Positions 1 through 9,797 of a DNA stretch of 40,376 nt are shown piece after piece. Numbering within the stretch: the first letter of the stretch is position 1; each line of letters opens with the position of its first letter. The stretch spans positions 1-40,376 of the forward strand of contig DJMI01000003.1 in assembly GCA_002435335.1 (NCBI GenBank), in the 5' to 3' direction. The position numbers and the translations under genes are program-made. Source of the stretch: Nitrosomonas sp. UBA6494 (GTDB lineage Bacteria > Pseudomonadota > Gammaproteobacteria > Burkholderiales > Nitrosomonadaceae). Below the pieces are notes generated by a model. The model was not told the DNA's origin and did no database searches. It saw only the letters and a list, made by a program, of their open reading frames with translations.

Positions 1-48
1 GGATTGTGATTCCGGTTGTCGTGGGTTCGAGTCCCATCAGCCACCCCA
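1..48 (+). tRNA. tRNA-His(GTG), 5' part truncated by the window edge
   Basis: Anticodon arm GGA-TT-GTG-AT-TCCGG, T-arm GTGGG-TTCGAGT-CCCAT, acceptor strand CAGCCACC followed by encoded CCA at 46-48. Confidence 0.93.
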
Positions 49-141
49 TCTAATCAAGAAAAATCATTTAAGCCAAAAATTTCCACAATGATTCATTTCC
101 GGACTTTTGGCTAAACATTCCAATACAATACCGGCGCTCCA

Positions 142-399
142 TTAACCGGTCAGCCGCGTAATTTCAATGCCGCCAAGAGTCCAATCAAGATGAGTCTTGT
201 CGATTCTTCTTAACACAAAATCCGCCATGCGCCCTGTCCGATCTTGGCAGATCAAAACCGGAACCTGTTCCGATAACAACCAATGCTTTGTTGCCTTGCT
301 TCAATCCTTACGATAATCCCCTGCGAACCATGTTGCTGTTACCACATATTTGGGAGCACGCAAATTTTGCTTGCAAACGTCGATTATTACGCTCACCAT
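142..399 (-). pseudogene. Possible decayed small gene, rhodanese-like by eye, interrupted by one in-frame TGA
   Basis: Manual translation from ATG 399: MVSVIIDVCKQNLRAPKYVVTATWFAGDYRKD*SKATKHWLLSEQVPVLICQDRTGRMADFVLRRIDKTHLDWTLGGIEITRLTG*. The IIDV...PVLIC...GGI pattern recalls a rhodanese fold. Confidence 0.25.
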
Positions 400-408
400 T
401 ATCAACGC

Positions 409-1296
409 TTAAGAATGACATAGCCATTGATAAACAATATTAATTTGTTCCTTATCCATCAGCATTGGTGAATGACCGACACCATTAATTTCGACAACCT
501 TTGCTCTTGCGCCACGGGCTTGCATTTGCAAAGCTGTTTCCGCCGATAAAATATCAGATTCTGTTCCGCGCAACACTAAGGTTGGCACTTTTAGCATGTC
601 CCATTGCTCCCACAAATCAATATCTTTAATTTCGCGTTCTTTAAAGCTGATCGCAATTCTTGGGTCATACCGAAAACCACATGAACCATCAGGGTATTCA
701 CGCATGCTATGAATGGCTAAATGCGTCCATTGCTCCTCGGTTAAGGGCCCAAAAGATACGGAAATCGCTTTCATATATGCTTTAAACTCACCGAAGCTTT
801 TAAAACGAGGATCTTTTCCTACATATTCAGCAATTCTTTTTAATGCCACGGCAGGAATCAATGGTCCGATGTCACTGATTACGAGCTTATTGATCGAGAC
901 GGGTAAATTGGGTTGTATCGCCAAAAACATACCAATCAATCCTCCCATAGAGATTCCGACCCAATCAAGCGTAATAGGTGATGTATAATGCGATTTAATA
1001 TGCGCTAGCAACGAAATAGCATCTGAAAGATACAAAGAGTAGCAATCATAATCTTGAGCGTGCTCCAGCCAATCGCTTTGGCCTCTCCCTACCACATCCA
1101 TGCAGATAACTCGAAATTTTTTTTGCAGTACGAAAGCCAAGCAATCAAAATCTCGACAATTTCGAGTTAACCCGTGAACGCAAACCACCACAGAAGGATT
1201 TTCCAGATCACCCCAATCGGTATAGGCAATATGATGGGGTTTTTTAAGTTTATCATCGGATGATGAGGTCGGAACTAATATTCGATTCAATCGCAT
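409..1296 (-). CDS. Alpha/beta fold hydrolase
   Basis: HGLTRN oxyanion region, DVVGRGQS, nucleophile elbow GISMGG, C-terminal GVGHSP catalytic His; 295 aa. Confidence 0.9.
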   Translation of the reverse strand: MRLNRILVPTSSSDDKLKKPHHIAYTDWGDLENPSVVVCVHGLTRNCRDFDCLAFVLQKKFRVICMDVVGRGQSDWLEHAQDYDCYSLYLSDAISLLAHIKSHYTSPITLDWVGISMGGLIGMFLAIQPNLPVSINKLVISDIGPLIPAVALKRIAEYVGKDPRFKSFGEFKAYMKAISVSFGPLTEEQWTHLAIHSMREYPDGSCGFRYDPRIAISFKEREIKDIDLWEQWDMLKVPTLVLRGTESDILSAETALQMQARGARAKVVEINGVGHSPMLMDKEQINIVYQWLCHS

Positions 1297-1481
1297 CGCT
1301 ATATTTTTTTAATTTTGTTTGATTAAAATTTGACAACCTATCATTGGAGAATGATTGATAAAATTGATCACGTCTCACACTTAATTAATCATCGCAGTTT
1401 TTACGTCGATCTGCGGAAACAATTTTACGATCACTCACTCTCATCTATTACATTAATTTTTAAGTATAATATCATAATAAT

Positions 1482-2495
1482 ATGAAATTATCCGAGCTCT
1501 ACTGGTATCGCATAACACCGTTGCATTTTCTTCTATGGCCAGTCAGTATGCTGTATGGATGCTTTCTGATTCTAAAAAAGCTGTGTTATTGGCTAGATAT
1601 TCTGCCCATGACCAAGCTACCTATACCCGTAATTGTCATCGATAGCTTAAGTACCATAGATCACAACAAATCTCCATGCATACTATGGATCGTTGATACT
1701 CTACAAAGAAATGGATACACCCCCGGAATCATTACGCACGGCAATTCTGATTATCCCGGCTTGCCTTGTGCTGTAACCTCATTCAACAATAGTCCTGGTG
1801 TAGACAACAAAACATTGCTCCTGGCGGAACGTTGCGGTGAATCATGTCCCGTCTGGATTGGTAGTAATCTGATTGAAGTCGCACAAGCCATGTTGAATGC
1901 ACATCCTAACTGTAATGTTATTATTTGCACGGACGGCTTACCTTATTTTCGCCTGGAACGTGATATTGAAATAATTATTATTGATTTTAGCGTGCAAAGT
2001 TATGGCAATGGCTTACTACTGCCGGCTGGCCCGTTACGCATGTGTCAACGTTTCTTAACAAAATCAAGCATGCTCATTACTGCCAGTGAAGAAACACACC
2101 GCGAGCATAATACTGATCAGCAGGACAAAACCTATCGTATGAAATTAGTCAGCGAAATCGCATATAATGTAAACGAGCCCGCTTCACAGCAATCTATTTC
2201 TTATTTCAAAAACAAAAAACTACATGCAATTTCTAGTGACGATAATGCCCAGTGGTTTTTCGAACTTATCCATAAATCTGGATTGAAAGCAGAATTACAT
2301 GATTATCGGGAAAATCATCTGTTTAAATTATCTGAAATTGAATTCCCTGAAGCGGATGTTATCTTGATGCCAGAGGAAAATGCTCTACAATGCAAAGGCT
2401 TTGCACATGAAAAACTTTGGGCAATACCTAGAAAAGCTTGGATTAGCGAAGAATTACAAATCGTGCTGATGAATAAATTAAAAAAATTATCATAA
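1482..2495 (+). CDS. LpxK-like (tetraacyldisaccharide 4'-kinase family) protein with degenerate catalytic motifs
   Basis: LpxK-type N-terminus (LLWPVSMLYG...KLPIPVIVI), L.RD.EI and GNG.LLPAGPLR are retained at full length (337 aa). The P-loop and other catalytic motifs are altered (see findings). Confidence 0.82.
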   Translation: MKLSELYWYRITPLHFLLWPVSMLYGCFLILKKLCYWLDILPMTKLPIPVIVIDSLSTIDHNKSPCILWIVDTLQRNGYTPGIITHGNSDYPGLPCAVTSFNNSPGVDNKTLLLAERCGESCPVWIGSNLIEVAQAMLNAHPNCNVIICTDGLPYFRLERDIEIIIIDFSVQSYGNGLLLPAGPLRMCQRFLTKSSMLITASEETHREHNTDQQDKTYRMKLVSEIAYNVNEPASQQSISYFKNKKLHAISSDDNAQWFFELIHKSGLKAELHDYRENHLFKLSEIEFPEADVILMPEENALQCKGFAHEKLWAIPRKAWISEELQIVLMNKLKKLS

Positions 2496-2505
2496 TTCAA
2501 ATGAC

Positions 2506-2521
2506 TCGCAAGTACTTGCGA
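2506..2521. promoter_or_regulatory. Perfect 16-bp palindrome upstream of dsbB, candidate operator
   Basis: TCGCAAGTACTTGCGA is its own reverse complement. It has no loop and no U-tract and lies in an AT-rich intergenic region. Confidence 0.4.
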
Positions 2522-2555
2522 TAATTATTTTTTCAAATTCATATTCAATGACTTT

Positions 2556-3047
2556 TTGATTAGAAATAGTCTCATGAAGCTATTATTCTTATTTATTTTG
2601 CTGAGCTGTCTCGGATTACTCGGTTACGCGCAATATCTACAGCATATACAGGGATTATTGCCATGTCCACTTTGTGTAGCGCAACGGCTTGCATATTGGA
2701 TGCTCGTTCTTACTGCTTCTGTTGCATTTCTTCACAACCCAAAAGTAACAGGTCGGCGTATTTATGGTTTTTTTCTAACTATCTTTTCGTGCATAGGCGC
2801 AACCATAGCTGCCCGCCACGCTTGGTTGATTCGATATCCAGAATCATTTGAATGTGGAATCAGCCCAGAAGAAGCATTTCTAAATGCATTACCTATTGCA
2901 CAGTGGTGGCCAGGTATGTTTGAAGCGAATGGAGATTGCGCCAGCGTAGATTGGAAATTATTTTCTCTAACAATACCGGATTGGTCATTGATTGCTTTTA
3001 CCGGCCTAAGTATCTTGGCCATTTATATGATGTTGGCAAAAAAATAA
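2556..3047 (+). CDS. dsbB: Disulfide bond formation protein B (alternative start ATG 2574)
   Basis: Four hydrophobic segments, PCPLCVAQR motif, and a second Cys pair (ECG...GDC) in the periplasmic loop. Confidence 0.93.
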   Translation: MIRNSLMKLLFLFILLSCLGLLGYAQYLQHIQGLLPCPLCVAQRLAYWMLVLTASVAFLHNPKVTGRRIYGFFLTIFSCIGATIAARHAWLIRYPESFECGISPEEAFLNALPIAQWWPGMFEANGDCASVDWKLFSLTIPDWSLIAFTGLSILAIYMMLAKK

Positions 3048-3065
3048 CGAGTTTTATATTACCCA

Positions 3066-3977
3066 TTACCCACGTGGGTGGTGCGCAGCATGAAGTTTCT
3101 TCAAACGCTCACGTGCAATATGAGTATAAATTTGTGTAGTCGATATATCTGCATGCCCAAGAAGTAATTGAACCACACGTAAATCGGCACCGTGGTTTAA
3201 TAGATGTGTAGCAAATGCATGCCGGAGAGTATGCGGAGACAATTGTTTGGTTATATTGACTTGATGTGCGTATCGTTTAATCAGATACCAAAATGCTTGA
3301 CGAGTCATTGCACTACCGCGCGTAGTAACAAAAATCGTATCTGTCACAATGCCATTTAATAAAGCTGGTCGTGCTTCACGAGTATAACGCCCCAGCCATT
3401 CCAATGATTCATCGCCTAGCGGTGCTAACCGCTCTTTTCTACCTTTACCAAGGATCTTGAGAATACCCATATCCATACTCACTTGCGAGTATTTCAGATT
3501 GATCAATTCGGAAACTCTTAAACCACTCGCATACAAAACCTCCAACATGGCGCGATCTCGCAATCCCAATGGAGCCGCAAGATCCGGCGCGTTTAGCAAT
3601 TGTTCGACTTCGATTTCGGAAAGGCTTTCGGGTAAATGGCGTTGCATTTTTGGTGTTTCTATGTTCAAGCTTGGATCAACACTGATCTTGCCTTGACGCA
3701 ATAAATAACGATAAAAACGCTTTAAGCTCGATAATTCTCTGCTTGCGGTACTGGCTTTTATTTTTTCGGAAACTCGAGTTTCCAGAAAATTCAGTATATC
3801 GGAACGCGTTGCATCAGTAAGAAAGCTAACATCGGGTTTTCGTTTTTTCAGCCAAGTGCTAAAAAGCTGCAAATCATTACGATAACTATCCAATGTATTA
3901 CGTGATAAACCATCTTCCAACCACAAAGCGTCTGAAAACTCATCGAGCAAACTAGCATTAACTTCAGGTGCTCTCAT
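3066..3977 (-). CDS. xerD: Site-specific tyrosine recombinase XerD
   Basis: N-terminal LWLEDGLSRNTLDSY, GLRVSEL, SPHTLRHAFATHLLNHGADLRVVQLLLGHADISTTQIYTH and C-terminal HHPRG. Confidence 0.96.
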   Translation of the reverse strand: MRAPEVNASLLDEFSDALWLEDGLSRNTLDSYRNDLQLFSTWLKKRKPDVSFLTDATRSDILNFLETRVSEKIKASTASRELSSLKRFYRYLLRQGKISVDPSLNIETPKMQRHLPESLSEIEVEQLLNAPDLAAPLGLRDRAMLEVLYASGLRVSELINLKYSQVSMDMGILKILGKGRKERLAPLGDESLEWLGRYTREARPALLNGIVTDTIFVTTRGSAMTRQAFWYLIKRYAHQVNITKQLSPHTLRHAFATHLLNHGADLRVVQLLLGHADISTTQIYTHIARERLKKLHAAHHPRG

Positions 3978-4467
3978 GTCGTAATAACCATCGTTTAATT
4001 TCTAAAGGATCGCCGTCACTTGCATTCATAAACCCCCCTAGTCCACCGTTTTTCGCTATAACTCGATGGCAAGGAATAACAATGGGCAAACGATTGGCTC
4101 CGCAAGCACGTCCCACGGCTCTGGGTGCCGAATGCAATTGTGTAGCTATTTCTGCGTAACTAATGGTTTTACCGCTGGGTATTGCTTGAATTACCCGCCA
4201 CACGCGTTGTTGATGCACTGTACCCCCGATATGCAGGCTTAGGTCAAACGTAAAATTCGGATTACGTAGATAAGCCTGTAATTGCCTGTATACTTCTTTC
4301 GCTAATGAAGTTTGCGGCAATAATGTCGGTGTGTTTAAAGGCAAATAATCAATATCGGTTAACCAATCTTCTTCAATTCTGATTCCCAACACGGCAAAAG
4401 GGGCAAGCAACTTAGCCTGATAGTTTCTACCGGAATCAATCAATGAATCAGAATTAAAATTATTCAC
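3964..4467 (-). CDS. ogt: Methylated-DNA-[protein]-cysteine S-methyltransferase
   Basis: IPSGKTISY, RAVGRACGAN and active-site IPCHRV. GTG start; overlaps the xerD start by 14 bp. Confidence 0.9.
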   Translation of the reverse strand: MNNFNSDSLIDSGRNYQAKLLAPFAVLGIRIEEDWLTDIDYLPLNTPTLLPQTSLAKEVYRQLQAYLRNPNFTFDLSLHIGGTVHQQRVWRVIQAIPSGKTISYAEIATQLHSAPRAVGRACGANRLPIVIPCHRVIAKNGGLGGFMNASDGDPLEIKRWLLRHEST

Positions 4468-4613
4468 GAATTATCTTGTTAATTTTAAGCTTTTGGTAAT
4501 CATGTCACTCAACATAATCACTATAAAAGACAGTAAAAGTTAAAAGAAGTTTCAACCACCGCTTTATTGGTAAGTAAGCATTACGCAATAACCCAAATAA
4601 GTTCTATTATTTA

Positions 4614-6521
4614 TTATTTTGACAATAACAGATAATTCAATCTCTTAACGAATGCAGCCGGATCTTCCAATTGCCCCCCCTCCGCTAATAATGCTTGATC
4701 AAATAAAATATACCCCCAATCTGCAAAATTTTCCGCCTCTGTTTTTAAGCGCTGCACCATCGGGTGATGCGGATTAATTTCAAGGATTGGTTTACTGTGT
4801 GGGATTTTTTGACCTGCCGATTTCAACAATCGCTCCAAATTACCCCCCATGTCGTAGCTATCGGCAATCAAGCAAGCCGGCGACTCTGTCAATCGATAAG
4901 TAACACGCACATCCTTAACTTGCTCACTGAGCGTTTGCTTCAGTTTATCCGTTAGTTCCTGAAAAGCTGTTATTTCTTTTTCTTGAGCTTCTTTTTCAGC
5001 TTCATCAGCCAAACTTCCAAGGTCCAAACCACCTTTAGCAACCGATTGCAACGATTTTCCAGCAAATTCCGGTAAATTACTGACTAACCATTCATCTACA
5101 CGATCAAATAATAATAGAACTTCAATACCTTTCTTCCGGAAAACCTCAAGATGCGGACTATTTCTGGCAGCCCGAAGACTATCGGCAGTCACATAATAGA
5201 TTTTTTCTTGACCATCTTTCATGCGTTGAATATATTCATCCAAAGAAGTTGCCGGCTCATCTGATTCATCGTGTGTTGTAACAAAAAGCAATAATTTCGC
5301 AATACGCTCTCGGTTGCTATAATCTTCGCCAATGCCTTCTTTTAGTACTTGGCCGAATTCACGATAAAAGGTGTTATATTTTTCCTTACCACCTTCCTCT
5401 TCATTCTTAGATAAATCTTCGATCAATCCAAGAATTTTTTTTACCACCCCAGCACGTATCGAATCTATATCTTTGGATTCTTGCAAGATTTCACGAGAAA
5501 CGTTTAACGGTAAATTATTTGAATCAATCACACCGCGCACAAAACGCAAATAATTTGGTAATAATTTTTCGGCGTCGTCCATAATGAATACTCGCTGGAC
5601 ATAAAGTTTGATGCCGTGACGCCGCTCACGGTCAAACAAATCAAATGGTGCGCGAGATGGAATATAAAGCAGTTGGGTATATTCTTGCTTACCTTCAACG
5701 TGCGCATGAAGATAAGCTAACGGCGGTTCGAAATCATGTGCTATATGTTTATAAAACTCATTGTATTGCTCAGTAGTAATCTCGGATTTTGAGCGTGCCC
5801 ATAATGCATTTGCTTGATTGATTGTTTCATCTTCATGCGAAACAATATTTTTATTTTCTTCTTGCGACCATTCTTCTTTGCACATCACGATAGGCAATGT
5901 AATATGATCGGAATACTTGCGAATGATATGACGAATACGCATACCATTAAGAAATTCATCTTCGCCTTGGCGCAGATGTAAAATAATATCAGTTCCCCGT
6001 GTTGTCTTTTTAACCGTTTCCAAAGTATAGTCGCCTTCACCACTGGATTCCCAGCGTACGCCATGCTCTGCGGTTAATCCAGCACGTCGTGTAACGAGAA
6101 CCACCTTCTCAGCAACAATAAATGCAGAATAAAACCCTACACCAAATTGACCTATCAGGTGAGCATCTTTAACCTGATCCCCAGTTAGAGAATTAAAGAA
6201 TTCCCGAGTCCCCGATTTAGCGATCGTACCAATATTTTCAATTACTTCTTGACGCGACATTCCGATTCCATTATCGGAGATCGTTATAGTCCTCTCAGCG
6301 GGATCGTAATTAATGCGAATCTTGAGCTCGGAATCAGATTCATAGAGAGCCCCGTCCGTTAATCCTTCAAATCGTAATTTATCAGCAGCATCGGAAGCAT
6401 TCGAAATTAATTCACGTAAAAAAATCTCTTTATTGCTGTATAAGGAATGAATCATCAGCTTAAGCAATTGCTTCGCTTCAGCTTGGAAACTTAAGTGTTC
6501 TTTTGTTGTTTCAGTTTGCAT
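4614..6521 (-). CDS. htpG: Molecular chaperone HtpG (Hsp90)
   Basis: [36 protein letters not shown] and LPLNVSRE motifs; SD GAGGAG upstream. Confidence 0.98.
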   Translation of the reverse strand: MQTETTKEHLSFQAEAKQLLKLMIHSLYSNKEIFLRELISNASDAADKLRFEGLTDGALYESDSELKIRINYDPAERTITISDNGIGMSRQEVIENIGTIAKSGTREFFNSLTGDQVKDAHLIGQFGVGFYSAFIVAEKVVLVTRRAGLTAEHGVRWESSGEGDYTLETVKKTTRGTDIILHLRQGEDEFLNGMRIRHIIRKYSDHITLPIVMCKEEWSQEENKNIVSHEDETINQANALWARSKSEITTEQYNEFYKHIAHDFEPPLAYLHAHVEGKQEYTQLLYIPSRAPFDLFDRERRHGIKLYVQRVFIMDDAEKLLPNYLRFVRGVIDSNNLPLNVSREILQESKDIDSIRAGVVKKILGLIEDLSKNEEEGGKEKYNTFYREFGQVLKEGIGEDYSNRERIAKLLLFVTTHDESDEPATSLDEYIQRMKDGQEKIYYVTADSLRAARNSPHLEVFRKKGIEVLLLFDRVDEWLVSNLPEFAGKSLQSVAKGGLDLGSLADEAEKEAQEKEITAFQELTDKLKQTLSEQVKDVRVTYRLTESPACLIADSYDMGGNLERLLKSAGQKIPHSKPILEINPHHPMVQRLKTEAENFADWGYILFDQALLAEGGQLEDPAAFVKRLNYLLLSK

Positions 6522-6548
6522 AACTTTCTCCTCGAATGTTTTGCGCTT

Positions 6549-6576
6549 ATATGGGGATTACACAGAATAAATCAAG
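6549..6576 (-). promoter_or_regulatory. Sigma-32 (RpoH) heat-shock promoter of htpG
   Basis: Minus strand reads CTTGAT-N14-CCCCATAT against consensus CTTGAA-N13/14-CCCCATNT, ending 27 bp before the htpG ATG. Confidence 0.82.
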
Positions 6577-6595
6577 CGATGAGGATGACACTGGT

Positions 6596-6621
6596 ATTGA
6601 GTTTTTTATCTAAAACTCAAT
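6596..6621. repeat. AT-rich inverted repeat between nuoN and the htpG promoter (weak terminator or operator)
   Basis: ATTGAGTTTT-ttatct-AAAACTCAAT, 10-bp perfect arms. Confidence 0.4.
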
Positions 6622-6724
6622 TAGAATTACAGGAATTACTTTAACTCAAGTAATGCAATGAATTCATTATTGATATTTTGCAGACAAGGCACAATAGCAT
6701 TATTTGAAGACTATTGACAACTAA

Positions 6725-8170
6725 TCACATCGTGTTTTGAATTGCGTAGAGACTCAAACCCATCAAACCTTGCGGAAATATTCCTAATAAAAGAACCGCC
6801 AATCCATTGGCACTAAATAATATTTTCACATCTCCATTCGGTACGATAGGTTCAGTTGTTTCTGGTTCGTCAAAATACATTAATTTGATAATGCGCAAAT
6901 AATAAAATGCACCGATCAGTGAAAACATTACGGCCATTACAGCCAACCACACAAAGCCAGCGTTGACGACCGCTTGGAGGACTGCAAATTTTGCGTAAAA
7001 TCCAATCATTGGCGGAATACCTGCCAGAGATAGCATAAATAACAATGTGATAAATGCATACCAAGGATTTCTCTTACTCAATCCCTTAAAATCGTTTATG
7101 TTTTCAGCTTCAAATCCAGCTCGACACAAGAGCATAATCATAGCAAATGTGCCTAATGTCATTAAAACATAAGCAATAACATAAAATAGTGCGGAACTGT
7201 ATCCATTAACATCAGCACTTATAAACCCAAGCAATAAAAATCCCATATGCGAAATAGTCGAATAAGCCAGCATACGCTTAATATTTGATTGTGCAATCGC
7301 CGCAATATTGCCTACAGCCATCGACATCACTGCTAGGATAACCAGCATGCCTTGCCAATCAGAAACCATTTCTCCCATGCCTTCGATCAACAATCTCATT
7401 ACGAAACCAAAAGCAGCAAATTTGGGAGCAGAGCCGATAAATAATGTGACTGCTGTCGGTGCACCTTGATACACATCTGGTGCCCACATATGAAAAGGCA
7501 CAGTGCTTAATTTAAATCCTATACCAGCCACTATAAAGACCAAACCAACAACTAATACTTCTTTACTGCTGGCTCCGCTTTGAATTATTTGGGCTAATTG
7601 AGAGACATGTAATGTGCCAGTTGCGCCATATACCAACGACATACCATAAAGCAAAAATCCGGATGCTAAAGCACCTAATACAAAAAACTTCATAGCTGCT
7701 TCGGTTGCAATTACTGAATCTCGTCTCAATGCTACCAAAGCATATAGCGATAATGACAATAACTCGAGACCTATATATAGTGTGAGAAAATGGCTAGCGG
7801 AAATCATAACCATCATACCTAATGTAGCAAACAAAATTAGGCTGAAAAATTCACCTCGTAACATATCACGATCAGTTATATAAGCATAGGAATACACGAG
7901 CACTGCGGAGACAGTACCAAATATCATCAGCTTTAATATATCCCCCATTGCATCATCGATAAACATGCCATGAAAAGTTTGAACTGATTCAGAAGAAAAC
8001 GATGCATAAGTAAGAACAGCACATCCTAAAAGTGAAACTTGTGTCAGCAAATAAGCCAAGTAGCGTTTATTATCTCCAACGGTAAGATCAGCTAGCATTA
8101 CCACGCACACCATGATAAGCATAAAAATCTCGGATGAAGCTGGAGCGAAATCAGGTGGTATGAAATTCAT
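6725..8170 (-). CDS. nuoN: NADH-quinone oxidoreductase subunit N
   Basis: Antiporter-like membrane subunit with [30 protein letters not shown] and KRMLAYSTI; last gene of the nuo operon. Confidence 0.96.
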   Translation of the reverse strand: MNFIPPDFAPASSEIFMLIMVCVVMLADLTVGDNKRYLAYLLTQVSLLGCAVLTYASFSSESVQTFHGMFIDDAMGDILKLMIFGTVSAVLVYSYAYITDRDMLRGEFFSLILFATLGMMVMISASHFLTLYIGLELLSLSLYALVALRRDSVIATEAAMKFFVLGALASGFLLYGMSLVYGATGTLHVSQLAQIIQSGASSKEVLVVGLVFIVAGIGFKLSTVPFHMWAPDVYQGAPTAVTLFIGSAPKFAAFGFVMRLLIEGMGEMVSDWQGMLVILAVMSMAVGNIAAIAQSNIKRMLAYSTISHMGFLLLGFISADVNGYSSALFYVIAYVLMTLGTFAMIMLLCRAGFEAENINDFKGLSKRNPWYAFITLLFMLSLAGIPPMIGFYAKFAVLQAVVNAGFVWLAVMAVMFSLIGAFYYLRIIKLMYFDEPETTEPIVPNGDVKILFSANGLAVLLLGIFPQGLMGLSLYAIQNTM

Positions 8171-8220
8171 TGATTCTAATCCTTAATTAGCAGGAATGTT
8201 CATTATTTCAGTATTAATAT

Positions 8221-9705
8221 TTAGAGTTTACTACTACTAATGTGAGTAAGTAACTGATTAACAGTCGTATGCATAACTTCAGTCACAGGGAAAGGATGAA
8301 CGCCAATCCACAAAACTGAAATGGCCAATATTGACAATAAAACAAATTCACGTTTAGAAATATCTTCTAAACTCTCAACTGCAGAACTAGCCACTGCGCC
8401 AAAAATTACACGCTTGTACATCCACAAAGTATAAGCCGCACCAAAAATCAACGTTGTTGCAGCGAGGAATGCATACCAAAAATTGACTTGTACGGCACTC
8501 ATAATAACCATAAATTCCCCAACAAATCCGCTTGTACCAGGAAGTCCCGCGTTTGCCATCGCAAATAGCATAAAGAAAGCGGCAAACACAGGCATTTTAT
8601 TGACTACTCCACCATAATCAGCAATTTGTCGAGAATGCAGGCGATCATAAAGTACGCCAACACAAAGAAACATAGCTCCTGAAATAAATCCATGCGAAAT
8701 CATTTGTACCATTGCTCCTTCAATGCCATATGCATTGAACAAAAAGAAGCCCAAGGTAACGAACCCCATATGTGCAACCGATGAATAAGCAATGAGTTTC
8801 TTCATATCAGTTTGCATTAAAGCAATCAGGCCAATATAAACGACTGCAATCAACGACAACACGATCATCATGGTTGATAAATATTGACTTGCATCAGGCG
8901 CAATCGGCAAAGAAAAACGCAGAAAGCCATAACCGCCTAATTTCAGCAAAATCGCTGCTAAAACGACTGAACCACCAGTAGGCGCTTCCACATGCGCATC
9001 AGGTAACCATGTGTGGACTGGCCACATAGGTACTTTAACCGCAAAAGCCAGTAAAAATGCAACAAAAATTAAAATTTGCGGCGTCATCGGAATCGCCAGC
9101 TTGTGGTAATCTTCGATTGAAAAACTTCCTTCAGATGCCAAATACAAGTAAATAAGTGCAATAAGCATCAGTAACGAACCTAATAAGGTATACAGAAAAA
9201 ACTTAATTGCAGCATACACTCTATTCGGTCCACCCCAGATTCCAATAATTAAAAACATTGGGATTAAAGAAGCTTCCCAGAATACATAAAATAAGATAGC
9301 ATCAAGCGACGCAAAAACACCGTTCACAATTCCCGACATTACAAGGAATGCACCCATATATTGCGAGACTCGTTCTTTAATGACCTCCCAACCGGCTATG
9401 ACTACCAAAGGTGTGATAAAGCAATTCAGCAGTATCAATGGCATTGATATGCCATCCACTCCAACATGATAATTAACATTAAACCTTTCAATCCATACAT
9501 GATTTTCAACAAATTGCATTGTGCCGGTAGCGATATCGAATCCGGAATAAAGGGGAATTGCTACTAAGAATCCTAAAATCGATCCAATCAAAGCGATCCA
9601 ACGCGACAACTGTGCATTGTGATCATTTCCGGTAGCAAATACTGCGATACCAAACAATATGGGCAGCCAAATAATCAAGCTTAATAGTGGAAATTCAAAC
9701 GACAT
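8221..9705 (-). CDS. nuoM: NADH-quinone oxidoreductase subunit M
   Basis: GVDGIS, VKVPMWPVHTWLPDAHVEAPT and KKLIAYSSVAHMG. Confidence 0.97.
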   Translation of the reverse strand: MSFEFPLLSLIIWLPILFGIAVFATGNDHNAQLSRWIALIGSILGFLVAIPLYSGFDIATGTMQFVENHVWIERFNVNYHVGVDGISMPLILLNCFITPLVVIAGWEVIKERVSQYMGAFLVMSGIVNGVFASLDAILFYVFWEASLIPMFLIIGIWGGPNRVYAAIKFFLYTLLGSLLMLIALIYLYLASEGSFSIEDYHKLAIPMTPQILIFVAFLLAFAVKVPMWPVHTWLPDAHVEAPTGGSVVLAAILLKLGGYGFLRFSLPIAPDASQYLSTMMIVLSLIAVVYIGLIALMQTDMKKLIAYSSVAHMGFVTLGFFLFNAYGIEGAMVQMISHGFISGAMFLCVGVLYDRLHSRQIADYGGVVNKMPVFAAFFMLFAMANAGLPGTSGFVGEFMVIMSAVQVNFWYAFLAATTLIFGAAYTLWMYKRVIFGAVASSAVESLEDISKREFVLLSILAISVLWIGVHPFPVTEVMHTTVNQLLTHISSSKL

Positions 9706-9797
9706 GCTTATTCCGTTTAATGGGTTAGTACTTATCTTTAAGTTTTTAGAATTATCAAAATCTGCTTACAGCACAGTATTTATCGCTTTTGAATAAA

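Noticed and set aside
49-140. Integrated element or att site downstream of tRNA-His
   Set aside because: No integrase and no repeat of the tRNA 3' end seen in the window; only a weak inverted repeat (AGCCAAAA 71-78 / TTTTGGCT 105-112).
1352-1380. FNR/CRP-like site in the hydrolase/LpxK-like divergent region
   Set aside because: The TTGAT half-sites are direct repeats and no correctly spaced ATCAA or TGTGA/TCACA pair exists.
3066-3977. Tyrosine recombinase as a phage or island integrase
   Set aside because: Motifs are those of chromosomal XerD and the neighbours are housekeeping genes.
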